From the NCBI GenBank assembly GCA_963849325.1, contig CAWKHF010000006.1, positions 192,001 to 256,000 on the forward strand: DNA of 64,000 nucleotides, in the 5' to 3' direction. Of this stretch, positions 11,016 to 22,433 are shown in pieces. Source of the DNA: an uncultured Planctomycetota bacterium. GTDB taxonomy: Bacteria; Planctomycetota; Planctomycetia; Gemmatales; Gemmataceae. The notes beneath the pieces were generated by a model. It had not been told where the DNA came from. It saw nothing but the letters and a program-made list of their open reading frames with translations, and did no database searches. The position numbers were made by a program, and so were the translations under genes. Each line of letters opens with the position of its first letter. Within the stretch, counting starts at the first letter, position 1.

Positions 11016-11124
11016 CCTTTCGCAACGGGCCTGTTTCCATTCTACGGACGGTAATTCTTGTTGCGGCGCGGGCCGTTGCCTTTATACTCGCCGGAAACGA
11101 TTCTCGCCCCCCACGGAGATCCTC

Positions 11125-12513
11125 ATGCGTCCTTACACTGCTTTGCTGGGCGTGCTGGCCCTGGCCGGATCCGTCACGCCGCTGACGGCGGCCGAACGGC
11201 CGGCTCGCAACGTCGTCCTGCTCGTCGCCGACGACCTCGGCTTTCAGCTCGGCTGCTACGGCGACAAAAAAATCCGCACGCCGAACATCGACGGCCTGGC
11301 GAAAAACGGCGTGCGCTTCACGCATGGCTTCGCGGCGGTGTCGTCATGCAGTCCCAGCCGTTCGACGCTGTACACCGGGCTGCACACGCACACCAGCGGG
11401 CAGTACGGCTTGGCCCACAACAGCCACAATTTCCACACCCGCGACAACGTCCAGAGCTTGCCTGGCCTGCTCAAGAAGAACGGCTATCGCTCCGGCATCA
11501 TCGGCAAGCTCCACGTCCTGCCGCCGTCGGTCTATCCCTTTGATGTCGAGGTACACAAAGACCTCGGCGGCAATCGCAGTGTGGCCCGCATGGGCGAGGA
11601 GGCCCGGCGGTTCTTCCGCGACTGCGGCGACAAACCGTTCGCCCTCGTCGTCGGTTTCTCCGATCCGCACCGCTCGGCCAAGAACTTCGGCAACGAGAAC
11701 AAGTACCCCGGCGTTAAGGAAGTCCACTACGAACCCGACGACGTGACGGTGCCTTACTTCTTGCCGGATCGTCCCGAGGTACGCCGCGAGCTGACGGATT
11801 ATTACCAATCGATCAGCCGGCTCGATCAGGGCGTCGGCTTCGTCCTCGACGCCCTGCGCGAGAGCAAGCACGCCGGCGATACGCTCGTCATCTTCCTCAG
11901 CGACAACGGCCCGCCGTTCCCCGGTGCCAAGACGACGCTGTACGAACCCGGCGTCCATCTGCCGCTGATTCTCTCGTCGCCGGAGCAGAAGCGGCGCGGC
12001 GTGACGAACAACGCCCTGGTGAGCTGGATCGACATCCTCCCCACCATCCTCGACTGGGCCGGCGTCAAGGCGCCGCCGGCACTGACCGGCCGCTCCGTGC
12101 TGCCCATCCTCGAAGAGGAGGATCCCAAGGGCTGGGACGTGGTTTACGGCTCGCACCAGTGCCATGAGGTGACGATGTATTATCCCATGCGCATGGTCCG
12201 CACGCGGACGCACAAGTATCTTCGCAACCTGGCGTACAAGCTCGATTATCCATTCTCGACGGACCTGTATGGCTCGCTGACCTGGCAGGGCATCCTGCAG
12301 CGCGGCGACAAGAAGCTGGCCGAGCGCGACATCGATAACTATGTCCATCGACCACTGGAGGAGCTGTATGACCTGGAGACGGACCCGCACGAACTGAAGA
12401 ACGTGGCGGCGGACCCGAAGTACGCCGAGGTACTCAAGGACCTGCGCGAGCGCCTCAAAACGTGGCAGGTACGGACGCGCGATCCGTGGCTGGTGAAATA
12501 TCGCTACGAGTGA
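11125..12513 (+). CDS. Secreted sulfatase (N-sulfoglucosamine sulfohydrolase-like)
   Basis: NVVLLVADDLG, formylglycine motif CSPSRSTLYTG, GKLH, SDNG, ELYDLETDPHE. Confidence 0.93.
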   Translation: MRPYTALLGVLALAGSVTPLTAAERPARNVVLLVADDLGFQLGCYGDKKIRTPNIDGLAKNGVRFTHGFAAVSSCSPSRSTLYTGLHTHTSGQYGLAHNSHNFHTRDNVQSLPGLLKKNGYRSGIIGKLHVLPPSVYPFDVEVHKDLGGNRSVARMGEEARRFFRDCGDKPFALVVGFSDPHRSAKNFGNENKYPGVKEVHYEPDDVTVPYFLPDRPEVRRELTDYYQSISRLDQGVGFVLDALRESKHAGDTLVIFLSDNGPPFPGAKTTLYEPGVHLPLILSSPEQKRRGVTNNALVSWIDILPTILDWAGVKAPPALTGRSVLPILEEEDPKGWDVVYGSHQCHEVTMYYPMRMVRTRTHKYLRNLAYKLDYPFSTDLYGSLTWQGILQRGDKKLAERDIDNYVHRPLEELYDLETDPHELKNVAADPKYAEVLKDLRERLKTWQVRTRDPWLVKYRYE

Positions 12514-12514
12514 A

Positions 12515-12628
12515 GAAAACATTTAACCACGGATAACACGGATAACACGGATAAAATACAAAAGACAAGACAACTCTTTTTCTTTTTTTTATCCGTGTTA
12601 TCCGTGTTATCCGTGGTTAAATGTTTTC
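12515..12628. repeat. REP-like inverted repeat (ACCACGGATAACACGGAT family)
   Basis: GAAAACATTTAACCACGGATAACACGGATAACACGGATAAA and its reverse complement between convergent genes. Confidence 0.9.
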
Positions 12629-13829
12629 AAACGTGGCGAGTGCCAGGGCCATGCGGCAGCCCGCCAGGAACAACGGTACGTCCACGTACTCCTCGATGGT
12701 GTGGATGTTGTTCTGGCCGGCGCCGAAGGTGACGGTCGGGATGCCGTGACGCACCAGCCAGTTGGCGTCGAGTCCGCCGTTGCCCACGCGCAGCGACGGT
12801 TGCAGGCCGGCCCGCTCGGCGGCGGCCTTCGCATGACGCACGACCGGGGCGTCGTCCTTGAGACGGAACGGATGATAGTCGAGCCGGGACGTGAACTGGA
12901 CCTTGGCCTTGCGGCCCTTGTCGTCGGTGATCCGCGTCGCGGCGGAAGCGAAGGCGGCGCGGTAGGCGCGGGTGATGGCACGGGCGAAACGGGCGTCGTG
13001 GCTGCGCGATTCGCCGTGAAGGTGGACGTAATCGGTGACGACGTTGGTCGCCTCGCCGGCACACTTGCCGTCCCGGCCGGCGAAGCGGCCGACGTTGGAC
13101 GTGCCGTCGCCGTCGGGCTGATGCACCTTGCCGAACCAGCCGCCGCGCTGGACCTCGGCCAGGGCCAGGGCGGCCACCATCGTCGCCGAGATGCCCTGCT
13201 CGGGATGGACGCCGGCGTGAGCGGCGCGGCCGTGGATCTCCACTTCCCAGCGCTCGGCGCCGACGGCGCCGACGGTCAGCTCCGCCGGCGAACGGCCATC
13301 GACGTTGAAGCCCAGGACGGGACCGCCCAGGTCGGCCGGGTCGAGATGGCGAGCGCCGAACAGGCCGCTCTCCTCGCGCACGGTGAACAGCAGCGTCAAC
13401 GGCGGATGCGGCAGCTTGTTTTGCCGTAGCGTCGCCGCCAGCGTCACCAGGCAGGCGACGCCGGTGCGGTTGTCGCCGCCCAGCGCCGTCGCGCCTTGCG
13501 GCGCGAATGCGGTCCTTCGACGCGCGCACCGGCACGGCGCCGGCGCACAGGGGCACCGTGTCCAGGTGCGTGGCGAACAGCAGGCGCGGCCCCGGCCGCG
13601 TGCCCGGCAGGTCACGAGCAGGTTGCCCGTCTGCGTCGGCAGCGGGATGCGCTCGTGGGCGTCGTCGTGACGGATGGCGCGGCGCGGCACGCCGACGGAC
13701 TCCAATTCGCGGGCCACCTCGCGGGCGATGGCCTTCTCCTGCGCCGGTGATGCCCTCCACGGCCAGGAATCGCATCAGGCGGTCCAGCGCCGCGCCCTCG
13801 TCGAACGTCAGACCGATAGAAGATGACAA
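12617..13829 (-). CDS. M20/M25/M40 metallopeptidase (PepT-like), several frameshifts in the 5' part
   Basis: LLFATHLDTVP, LGGDNRTG, FTVREESGL, GRAAHAGVHPE, GGLDAN, HTIEEY distributed over shifted frames. Confidence 0.88.
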
Positions 13830-13877
13830 AGGAGACCTCCAAAAGCATTGAATCGACCGGTGGGCGGCACGCTTGAC

Positions 13878-13905
13878 TTGCCAAGGCGACGCTTCGGTTT
13901 ATAAT
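13878..13905 (+). promoter_or_regulatory. Sigma70-type promoter for the riboswitch-permease transcript
   Basis: TTGCCA-N16-TATAAT immediately upstream of the riboswitch. Confidence 0.65.
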
Positions 13906-13917
13906 ACGAAGCCATGT

Positions 13918-14050
13918 GTAGCCTAATCCCGCGCCGTCCGTGTGGGAACGGGGGAACCATGGGCCGGCCCGCGCCGGCCTTGGGGCTCAGGTTCGCGCCG
14001 CGAACCGGGGTACTTTCAAGCCCTGCCCGACAGCTAACCTCGTCGGCCGA
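13918..14050 (+). ncRNA. c-di-AMP (ydaO/yuaA) riboswitch
   Basis: Conserved blocks in the expected order: AATCC, CGGGGGAACC, TTGGGG, CCCGACAGCTAACCTCGTCGGC; lies upstream of a YdaO/KimA-like gene. Confidence 0.85.
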
Positions 14051-14151
14051 CCAGCGTCTCCCTGCTGGCCTCATTTGAAAGGGCACACCTGTCCCGGCGG
14101 TCCCGACGAAGAGCCCTCGTTTGTCCCGACCGCTCGCCGAGAACCATCCTC

Positions 14152-16833
14152 ATGACGACTCCTCCCCCCGGCGGTCCTTCGGACGGCCGAGCCGAGCCGC
14201 CCAACGCGGCCGGAACCTTCACGCGCCGTCTGCTGCGGCCAGCTCAGGTCATCATCGTCAGCAGCGTGATGTTCACCTTCATCAGCTACTGGCGCACCGC
14301 CGCCGTCGTCCTCTGCGACCTGGCCAGCACGTCCTACTACATCGGCGGCATCGTCGAGCAGTCCATCGGCTCGGCCGCCCCGTGGTTCATCCTCGGCGTC
14401 ATGTTCTTCAGCTACGCCGTCCGCTCGGTCTACATCGAGAGCTGCACCCTGTTCGTCCGCGGCGGCGTCTACCGCGTCGTCCGCGAAGCGCTGGGCAAGT
14501 TCATGGCCAAGCTCGCCGTGTCCGCCCTCATGTTCGACTACATCCTGACCGGGCCGATCAGCGCCGTCTCCGGCGGGCAGTACATCATCGGCCTGGTCCT
14601 CGAAATCGTGTCGCGCTGGTTCGGCATGACCATCGACCCCGACGCGCGCGACTTCGCCAAGCGGCTCGGCTCGGTCCTCATCGCCACCCTCGCCACCCTC
14701 TACTTCTTCCGCAAGAACATCATCGGCATCCACGAATCCAGCGAAAAAGCGCTGAAAATCATGATCATCACCACCGTCATGGGCGTGGTGATGCTGACGT
14801 GGTGCGGCGTGACGCTGGCCGTGCATGGCGCCGCCCACTCCAAGGACGGCACGCCCAACACCGTCAGCCCGACGCCGGACTTCCACTCCAAGCTCAACCC
14901 GACCACCAAGGAGATGGAAGACCCGACGGGGTTCTTGAAGCACACGAGGGCGGCGCAGGCGCTGCGCGACGTCAGCGGCAAACCCCCGACCGACTGGCTG
15001 GGCCTGATCGGCCTGTTCGGCATCTTCATCGCCTTCGGCCACTCGATCCTGGCCATGAGCGGCGAGGAGACGCTGGCCCAGGTTTACCGCGAAGTCGAGT
15101 CGCCGAAGCTGAAGAACTTCAAGAAGGCCGCCTTCATCGTCTTCCTCTACAGCCTGGTGTTGACCGGCGGCATCAGCTTCCTGGCCGTGCTGCTCATCCC
15201 CGCCGACGTGCGCATGCAGGACTACTCCGACAACCTCATCGGCGGCCTGGCGATGAACGTCATCGGCCCGTTGTGGGCGCAACTGCTGCTCAACGGCTTC
15301 GTGGTCGTGGTCGGCTTCGCTGATCCTGGCCGGCGCCGTCAACACGGCCATCATCGGCTCCAACGGCGTGCTCAACCGCGTCGCCGAGGACGGCGTCATG
15401 CCGGAGTGGTTCCTCAAGCCGCACCCGCGCTACGGCACGACCTACCGCATCCTCTGGCTCATCGTCGGCTTGCAGCTGTTCACCATCTGGGCCAGCTTCG
15501 GCGACGTGCTGCTGCTGGGCGAGGCTTACGCCTTCGGCGTCGTCTGGAGCTTCGTCTTCCAGGCGCTGTCGATGGTGGTGCTGCGCTTCGCCGATCCGAG
15601 GCCGCGCGAGGCCAAGGTGCCGCTCAACGTCCGCGTTGGCCGCTACGAGGTGCCGGTCGGCCTGATCGTCATCCTGATCATTCTCCTGGTGTCGGCGGTG
15701 TGCAACCTGCTGACCAAGGAGGTGGCCACCATCGGCGGCCTGATCTTCACGGCCATTTTCTTCACCCTGTTCCACGTCTCCGAGCGCTATCACGAGAAGC
15801 GCCGCCTCGGCAAACAGCACGAGCACATCGAGCAGTTCAACCAGGAGACGACCGGCGAGGTGACGGCCGGCAGTCTCGGCCTGACCAAGACGTATCGCAA
15901 GCTGGTGTCGATCCGCTCGCCGCACAACCTGTTCATGCTGGAAAAAGCGCTGGCCGAGACCGACCCGGAGACGACCAGCATCGTGGTCATGACGGCCAAG
16001 CTGATGCCGCTGGGCGGCTCCGAGGACGAGCAGCCCGACCTGGACGCCTACGATCAGCAGCTGATGACGGCCGTGGTGCAGCTGGCCGAGAAGGCCGGCA
16101 AGCAGGTCAAGCCGCTCATCGTGCCGACCAACAATCCGCATCCACGCCGTGCTCAAGACCGCCAAGGACTTGCAGGCCCACGAGCTGATCCTCGGCGCCT
16201 CCAACCGTTACACGGCCGACGAGCAGATGGAGCAGATCGCCTTTTACTGGATCAACCTGCACGGCGGCAACCCGGCGCCGCTGACGGTGCGCATCCTCAG
16301 CCGCGAGCGCGACATCTACCTCGACCTGGCCGGCGGCAATCGCATTCCCAAGATCAGCGAGCGCAAGGCGCGGTCGGTGGCCGAGCTGCGCGCCGCCGGC
16401 GTCGGCGTCGATCGCGTGCTGCTCATCCACGACGGCAGCCCGGCCAACAGCGACCTGTTCCAGGGCGTCTTGACCATGCTCGACGCCGCAGGTGGTGCTG
16501 GGCGTCGTGCCGGTGGTGCCGCCCGGCTCGGAGCCGCTCAACGGCCACGGCGTCGTCCATCAGGACGAGGAACGCGCCCGCCAGCTCGGCCGCGAACTGC
16601 AGGTGATCGAGCTGCCGGTGCCCGACGGCCCGGCCATCGTCGAGCGCGCCAGCAAGGACCAGTACGATCTCGTCATCCTGCCGCTGTCCGACGAGGCGCC
16701 GAACAATCCCCTGGGCGCGCTCGACGCCCGCGCCAGCTACATCCTCCGACACGCCCACTGCCGGGTGTTCCTGGCGGCCCACCCGGTCATCCCGCAGGAA
16801 GTCGTCGATAAAACGCCCAGCCGCGCTCCGTAG
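14152..16833 (+). CDS. APC-superfamily transporter (YdaO/KimA-like) with C-terminal USP-like domains, frameshifts near 15320, 16140 and 16488
   Basis: Multi-TM N-terminal region (DLASTSYY, GGVY.V..E.LG, AMSGEETL), then soluble ELILGAS and YDLVILPL..YILRHAHCRVFL USP-like segments. Confidence 0.85.
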
Positions 16834-16920
16834 CGGGCAGCTCGGAAATCGGGTAGGCTGGAGAGGAACCGTGATCGGGCAAATGCCCTCCTTGGAGCGG
16901 CCTCAACGGCCGGGAGAGCG

Positions 16921-17130
16921 ATGAATTCATACACGATCCTCATCGAACGGTGTCCGCGGACGGGATTGTATGTCGGTTCGGTGCCTGGATTTCCTGGCGC
17001 ACACACTCAGGGCGAGACACTGGACGAATTGCAAGAAAACATGCGGGAAGTCCTTGCCATGTTGTTGGAAGACGGCGATCCGGCCTTGGAAACGGAGTTC
17101 GTCGGCGTGCAAACCATTCGGGTGAGTTGA
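16921..17130 (+). CDS. hicB: HicB-family antitoxin
   Basis: YVGSVPGFPGAHTQGETLDELQENMREVL. Confidence 0.92.
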   Translation: MNSYTILIERCPRTGLYVGSVPGFPGAHTQGETLDELQENMREVLAMLLEDGDPALETEFVGVQTIRVS

Positions 17131-17133
17131 GCG

Positions 17134-17352
17134 ATGCCCGTGCCCGTCCTCAAACCCCATGAAGTGGTATCGATTCTCGAACGCCTGGGTTTCGTGGAGG
17201 TCCGCCAGCGGGGCGCACACAAACAGTTCCGTCATACGGACGGACGAGGGACGACGGTGCCTTTTCACAAAGGCCGAGACATCGCCCCGCCGTTGTTGCG
17301 CCAGATCGCTCGGGACATAGGGATGACGGTCGAAGAATTCGTTCGATCGTGA
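17134..17352 (+). CDS. hicA: HicA-family mRNA interferase toxin
   Basis: LERLGFVEVRQRGAHKQFRH.DGR.TTVPFH. Confidence 0.92.
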   Translation: MPVPVLKPHEVVSILERLGFVEVRQRGAHKQFRHTDGRGTTVPFHKGRDIAPPLLRQIARDIGMTVEEFVRS

Positions 17353-17378
17353 GGAACGACCCCAAACGAGGAATTTCC

Positions 17379-19474
17379 ATGCGAATGCGGCGATGGTCCT
17401 TGGTTGTCCTCAGCGCGGCGCTCTTGGGCGTCGCCTCGCTGCGGGCCGCGGAGACGGCGGCGCCGGCGCCGGAGCAAAAGCGACAGGCCGAGGCGCGGAT
17501 GCGCCGCGACCTCACCTTCCTGGCCTCCGACGAATGCGAGGGTCGCGGACCGGGCACCAAGGGCATCGACAAGGCCGCCGACTACATCGCCGCCGAGTTC
17601 AAAAGGGCCGGACTCCAGCCCGGCGGCGAGGACGGCAGCTATTTCCAGCCGTTCACCCTCAACGCCAACGTCCTCGACAAGCCGGCCCACCTCACGCTCA
17701 AGGGGCCACAAGGACAGGAGATCGAACTGCGGCAGGGCGTCCACTTCTGGCCGATGGGCCTGGGCGGAAGCGGCGGCGACCGAGGGCCGGCCGTCTTCGC
17801 CGGCTACGGCATCACCAGCACCAAGGCGAACTACGACGATTACGAAGGGATCGATGTCGCCGACAAAATCGTCGTCCTGCTGCGCGAGCGCCGAGTTCGG
17901 CCGACAAGGACCGGGCCCGCGAGCTGATGAACGGCGCCCCGTTCACTCGCAAGATCGCCAACGCCGAGAAGCATCATGCGGCGGGCGTCCTGATCGTCAA
18001 CGACGCCGACGCCGCCCACGACGGCGACGATCTGCTCGACTTCAACTACACCGCCTTCGGCCGCAGCACGGCCAAGGTCCCGGTTTGCCACGTCCGTCGC
18101 CGTGTGCTGGAGAGGATGCTGCCCGGCGGCGCCGACGCGCTGACGGCCGTGGAGAAGGACATCAACCGCGAACGGAAGCCGCACAGCCGAGAGCTGACCG
18201 GCTGGACGATCGGCGTGGACGTGCGTTTGCATCGCGGCAAGATCGACGTCAAGAACGTGGTCGGCGTCCTCGACGGCTCCGGGCCGCTGGCCGATGAAAC
18301 GATCGTGGTCGGCGCCCATTACGATCATCTCGGCTACGGCGGCGTCAGCAGCCTGGCCGGCCTGAAGAAAATGGCCATCCACCACGGCGCCGACGACAAC
18401 GCCTCCGGCACGACGACGATGCTGGAGCTGGCCCGTCGCTTCGCGGCCCTGCCCAAGCGGCAAGGACGGCGTCTGGTGTTTCTCGCCTTCAGCGGAGAGG
18501 AATTAGGGCTGTTCGGCTCGGCCTATTACTGCAAGCATCCGCTGTATCCGCTCAAGGACACGGCCGCCATGTTCAACCTCGACATGGTTGGCCGGCTGCG
18601 GACGGACAAGGTCAGCGGCAAACCCAAGGTGCTCACCGAGGGCAGCGGCACCGCCAAGCCCTTCCGCGAACTGCTCGACGACCTGGCCCGCAAGTACGAC
18701 TTCAAAATGGTCAACAAGCCGAGCGGCATGGGACCGAGCGATCACGCCTCGTTCTGCGGCCAGGACGTGCCGGTGCTGTTCTTGTGGACCGATTACCACG
18801 ACGATTATCACCGCCCCAGCGATACGGCGGACAAGATCAACATCGCGGGCATGCGGCGCATCGCCGATTTGAGCCAGGATGCCATCGCCACGCTGACGCA
18901 CATGGATCGGCCGGCGTACATCAAGGTCAAGACCGCATCGGCCCGGCCCTCCAATGGACCGCGCCTGGGCATCATGCCCGGCGACGGCGGCGGCAAGGGC
19001 GTCCGCATCGAGGAGGCGGTCGCCGACGAGCCGGCCGCCAAGGCCGGATTGAAGAAGGACGACCTCATCGTCTCCCTCGCCGGCAAGCCGGTGCGCAGCC
19101 TGCAAGACCTGCTGGCCATCCTCAAGAATCAGAAGGCCGGCGACACCATCGAGGTCGGCATCGTCCGCGATGACCGGCCGATGACGGTCTCGGTGAAGCT
19201 GGAAAGCCCCTACGCCAACATGCCGCGCCTGGGCATTCGTCCGAGCTACAGCGACGAGGGCGAGGGCGTGCTGCTGGAGGGCGTGACCGACGATCTGCCG
19301 GCCGCCCGAGCGGGACTGAAGAAGGAGGACCGGATCGTGCGCATCGCCGGCAAGCCGGTCAAGGATCTCGAAGACTACATGGAGATCCTGGGCGGCCAGA
19401 AGAAGGGCAGCACAATCGAGGTCGGTATTATCCGCGATGGGAAGACGATGACGGTGCGGGTGAAGTTGGAATAA
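17379..19474 (+). CDS. Secreted M28 peptidase with PA and two PDZ domains, frameshift near 17890
   Basis: LASDECEGRG, VFAGYGI, GAHYDHLG, GADDNASG, FSGEELGL, NLDMVGR, SDHASF, DYHRPSD, two RLGI PDZ repeats. Confidence 0.92.
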
Positions 19475-19483
19475 ACGGATTCT

Positions 19484-19540
19484 CTTCCGAGCCGGAAGCG
19501 TCAGCGAAGAGTGCTCTTCGCTTACGCTTCCGGCTCGGAA
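19484..19540. repeat. REP-like palindrome, family B
   Basis: TTCCGAGCCGGAAGCGTCAGCGAAGAG..CTCTTCGCTTACGCTTCCGGCTCGGAA; copies at 27633-27704, 44371-44421, 51529-51603 and a variant at 39191-39245. Confidence 0.9.
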
Positions 19541-19563
19541 GGTGCGAACGAAGTTCGTTTTGT

Positions 19564-20444
19564 TTACTTGCCCTGTCCGAACCAGCGTCCCATCAATCCC
19601 TCTTTGCGGGAGGGGATGGCGGGCGTTGGGGCCGGCGCGGCCTGCCCGCCTCCGGGAGCGGCGCCGCGGCGTGTGCTGACGTCTCTGCAGCTTGTCCTTG
19701 AGGTCTGCGAGCCGAACCGAGGAGACGGCGCCATTGTTGCGTTCCAGACGCTCCAGATCGCGGCTGACCTCGTTGCGCAGCCGCTGCAAGTCGTTGCGTT
19801 GCCGGGCCATCTCGGCGCGTTCGCGGGCCATGCTGATCTCCATCTCGCGCATCTGATCCATGACCGCCTGCTCGTCCTCCTGCAGCTGTCGGCGTTCGCG
19901 TTCCAGCTCCTCGCTGAGGGCCAGCAGCTCTTCCTCGCACGGGGCGACGCCCTGGTGCGGCGCGGCGCGGCCGCCTGCGGGCCGGCGGCCTCGGCCTGTT
20001 CGAGAGCGGTCTGCATCTCTTGCAGCTGCGTGATGCAGCTGACGGATCAATTCGTTTTTCTCTTCCAGGACCGCGTTGTATTCGCGGATCTGCTGTTCGA
20101 GGTCGGGCTGAAGCTGCTGGGCGGCCTCCTGCAAGGCCTGCTCCAGTTCGGCACAGAGGGTGGCGCAGCTGGGCATTCTCCAGACGCAGCTCTTGCATGG
20201 GGTCCACCTCCGCCATGCCGTCGGCCCGGTCGCGTCGGGCATCGGCGCGGACGGCGGCGTCCTCGGCCAACCGTTCCGGTTCCTCGAAAGACCCCTGGGC
20301 GTCGTCCCCGGCGGCGTGTAAATGCAACGGGCCGGCCGCGGCTGGTCGGCCGGGGAGACCGCCGTTGGGTCCGCCACGGTGCGGCTCCGGGAGGGGGAGA
20401 GGTCTGACCATGTGCCCTGTTCTCCGCTCGGGTTCGGCTGCCAT
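19564..20444 (-). CDS. Coiled-coil hypothetical protein, multiple frameshifts, start uncertain
   Basis: ELRLENAQLR, ELEQALQE, EEELLALSEELERERRQLQEDE, MARERAEMARQRNDLQRL in alternating frames; ends KEGLMGRWFGQGK. Confidence 0.65.
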
Positions 20445-20585
20445 CGCGGCCGTCCTCGTCCCGGCCGCGTCGGGACCACGGGCGCGGTCCCGCGCAACTA
20501 TAGCTCGCAAATCGCTGCCCGGGCGCCGATTCCTGCGCCGCCACTGCCATCGAACCGTCACTTTGATTACATCTTCGTCAACTTC

Positions 20586-20614
20586 TTGACTCCGCTTTCA
20601 TCTTTCCTCATACT
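20586..20614 (+). promoter_or_regulatory. Promoter of Met/Gly-rich gene 1
   Basis: TTGACT-N17-CATACT. Confidence 0.6.
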
Positions 20615-20888
20615 TACCAATGGTGCCTCGCACCCCGCCCGCGCGTGGCCCCCACGCTACACCAAACCAGCCCCCCGGCGGCCCCCGGGCATCGCCCATC
20701 AGGCCCGTTGTCCAACCGAGAACACGCGGACTCCGCTCCGCTGTCAAGCCCTTGTCACTCCATCCGGCCGCTCCGCGGACGTCGCCAAGCTGCCGGTCGC
20801 TGTTTCGTTCCGCGCCTTGAGCGTTGCGAGCGCGGCCATCGAGGCGCCGCCGCTCGCCAACCCGGTTTCCTCCTTCTCCGAGGGTCGC

Positions 20889-21394
20889 ATGCATTCCACT
20901 CGTTCGTTGAAAGTCGCTTACGTCGTGGCACTGGGGTCTCTGGTCCTCCTGCTGTCGAAGCCCCGTCCCGTCGAGGCCCAGCGCGCGGGTCGCGCCCATG
21001 CTCCAAACCGTCGATCGCATGATGATGCCGTCCATGATGAACGCTGCGCATGATGCTCATGGGAGGCAGCATGGGCGGCATGATGGGCATGATGGGCGGC
21101 ATGATGGGCATGCGTGGCGGCATGATGGGCATGCGTGGCGGCATGATGGGCGGCATGATGGGCGGCATGATGGGCGGCATGATGGGCGGCATGGGCATGC
21201 GCGGCGGCATGATGGGCGGCATGGGCATGCGCGGCGGCATGATGGGCGGCATGGGCATGCGCGGCGGCATGATGGGCATGGGCGGCATGGGCGGCATGAT
21301 GGGTGGCATGATGATGGGCGGCATGGGCATGGGCGGCATGATGGGCTTCGCCGGCAAAGGCATGGGCGGCTTTAACGGTCGCAAAGCTCTCTAA
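20889..21394 (+). CDS. Secreted Met/Gly-rich low-complexity protein 1, frameshifts near 20990 and 21045
   Basis: MHSTRSLKVAYVVALGSLVLLLSKPRPVEA-QR, then MLQTVDRMMMPSMM, an M/G tract and GFAGKGMGGFNGRKAL. Confidence 0.8.
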
Positions 21395-21541
21395 AACGTC
21401 GCGCCATCCTTGAGGATTCTGCTCCTCAAGCCGCTTGCGACTCGGCGGTGCAGCGTCCCACGCGAAGCCGCAAGCGGTCTCCGGGGCGAGGGTGCGCCTC
21501 TCACACTTTCGTTAATAATTCTTAAGGTTGCTGTCTCCTTC

Positions 21542-21570
21542 TTGACAGTGCTTTCCCACTTTTTCATACT
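21542..21570 (+). promoter_or_regulatory. Promoter of Met/Gly-rich gene 2
   Basis: TTGACA-N17-CATACT. Confidence 0.65.
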
Positions 21571-21656
21571 TGCATTGTAGCTTGACTCGTTAACCGCATC
21601 GAGCGGCGACAGGCTGTCGTCTCCATGCTCTCCTTCTTCCTCTTCCGAGGGTCGTC

Positions 21657-22169
21657 ATGTTCTCCTGTACCCGCCTGCTGAAAGTCGTCTACCTCGTGGC
21701 TCTGGGGGCCGTGGTGCTCCTGCTGTCCCAACCCAAGCCCGCGCACGCGCAGCGCTCCCGCGTCGCGCCGATGCAACAGCAGGTCAATCAGATGATGATG
21801 CCCTCCATGATGCAGGCGCGCATGATGCTCCAGATGGGCGGCATGGGCGGCATGGGGATGATGGGCATGGGCGGAATGATGAGCATGGGCGGCGGCATGA
21901 TGGGCATGCGGGGCGGCATGATGGGCATGAGCGGCGGCATGATGGGCATGATGGGTGGCATGATGGGCGGCATGGGCATGCGTGGCGGCATGATGGGCGG
22001 CATGTCCATGATGGGCGGCATGTCCATGGGTCGAGGCGGCATGATGGGCATGGGCGGCATGGGCGGCATGATGGGCGGCATGATGATGGGCGGCATGGGC
22101 ATGGGCGGCGGCATGATGGGCTTCGCCGGCAAGGGCATGGGCGGATTCAACGGCAAGAAGGCCCTCTGA
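21657..22169 (+). CDS. Secreted Met/Gly-rich low-complexity protein 2
   Basis: Intact 170-aa ORF; signal peptide ending PAHA-Q, M/G tract, GFAGKGMGGFNGKKAL. Confidence 0.88.
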   Translation: MFSCTRLLKVVYLVALGAVVLLLSQPKPAHAQRSRVAPMQQQVNQMMMPSMMQARMMLQMGGMGGMGMMGMGGMMSMGGGMMGMRGGMMGMSGGMMGMMGGMMGGMGMRGGMMGGMSMMGGMSMGRGGMMGMGGMGGMMGGMMMGGMGMGGGMMGFAGKGMGGFNGKKAL

Positions 22170-22198
22170 GCGCTCGCCTCTTTTTCGCGAACTCCCAA

Positions 22199-22232
22199 CC
22201 GCGCCGGCGTTCCTCCGCCGGCGCGGTTTTTC
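22199..22232 (+). terminator. Rho-independent terminator
   Basis: CCGCGCCGGCG-TTCCTC-CGCCGGCGCGG followed by a T run. Confidence 0.8.
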
Positions 22233-22300
22233 GTTTGGCTCTCTCTTCGCGTCGCCGGATGGCGCGTCTCCTGCTCGCCCCGTTTCGGCCCACCAAGTCC

Positions 22301-22329
22301 TTGACTAAACCTTTCCTTTTCTTCATACT
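22301..22329 (+). promoter_or_regulatory. Promoter of Met/Gly-rich gene 3
   Basis: TTGACT-N17-CATACT. Confidence 0.65.
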
Positions 22330-22433
22330 GGAGCGAAGGCGTAAGCGCTTCCGCTGGCGCCACGGAGTGTACCTCGAGGATGCCTCCGTGCGGGAGGCGT
22401 CGAAGCTCCCTTCCTCGATTTGTGGAGAGCGCC

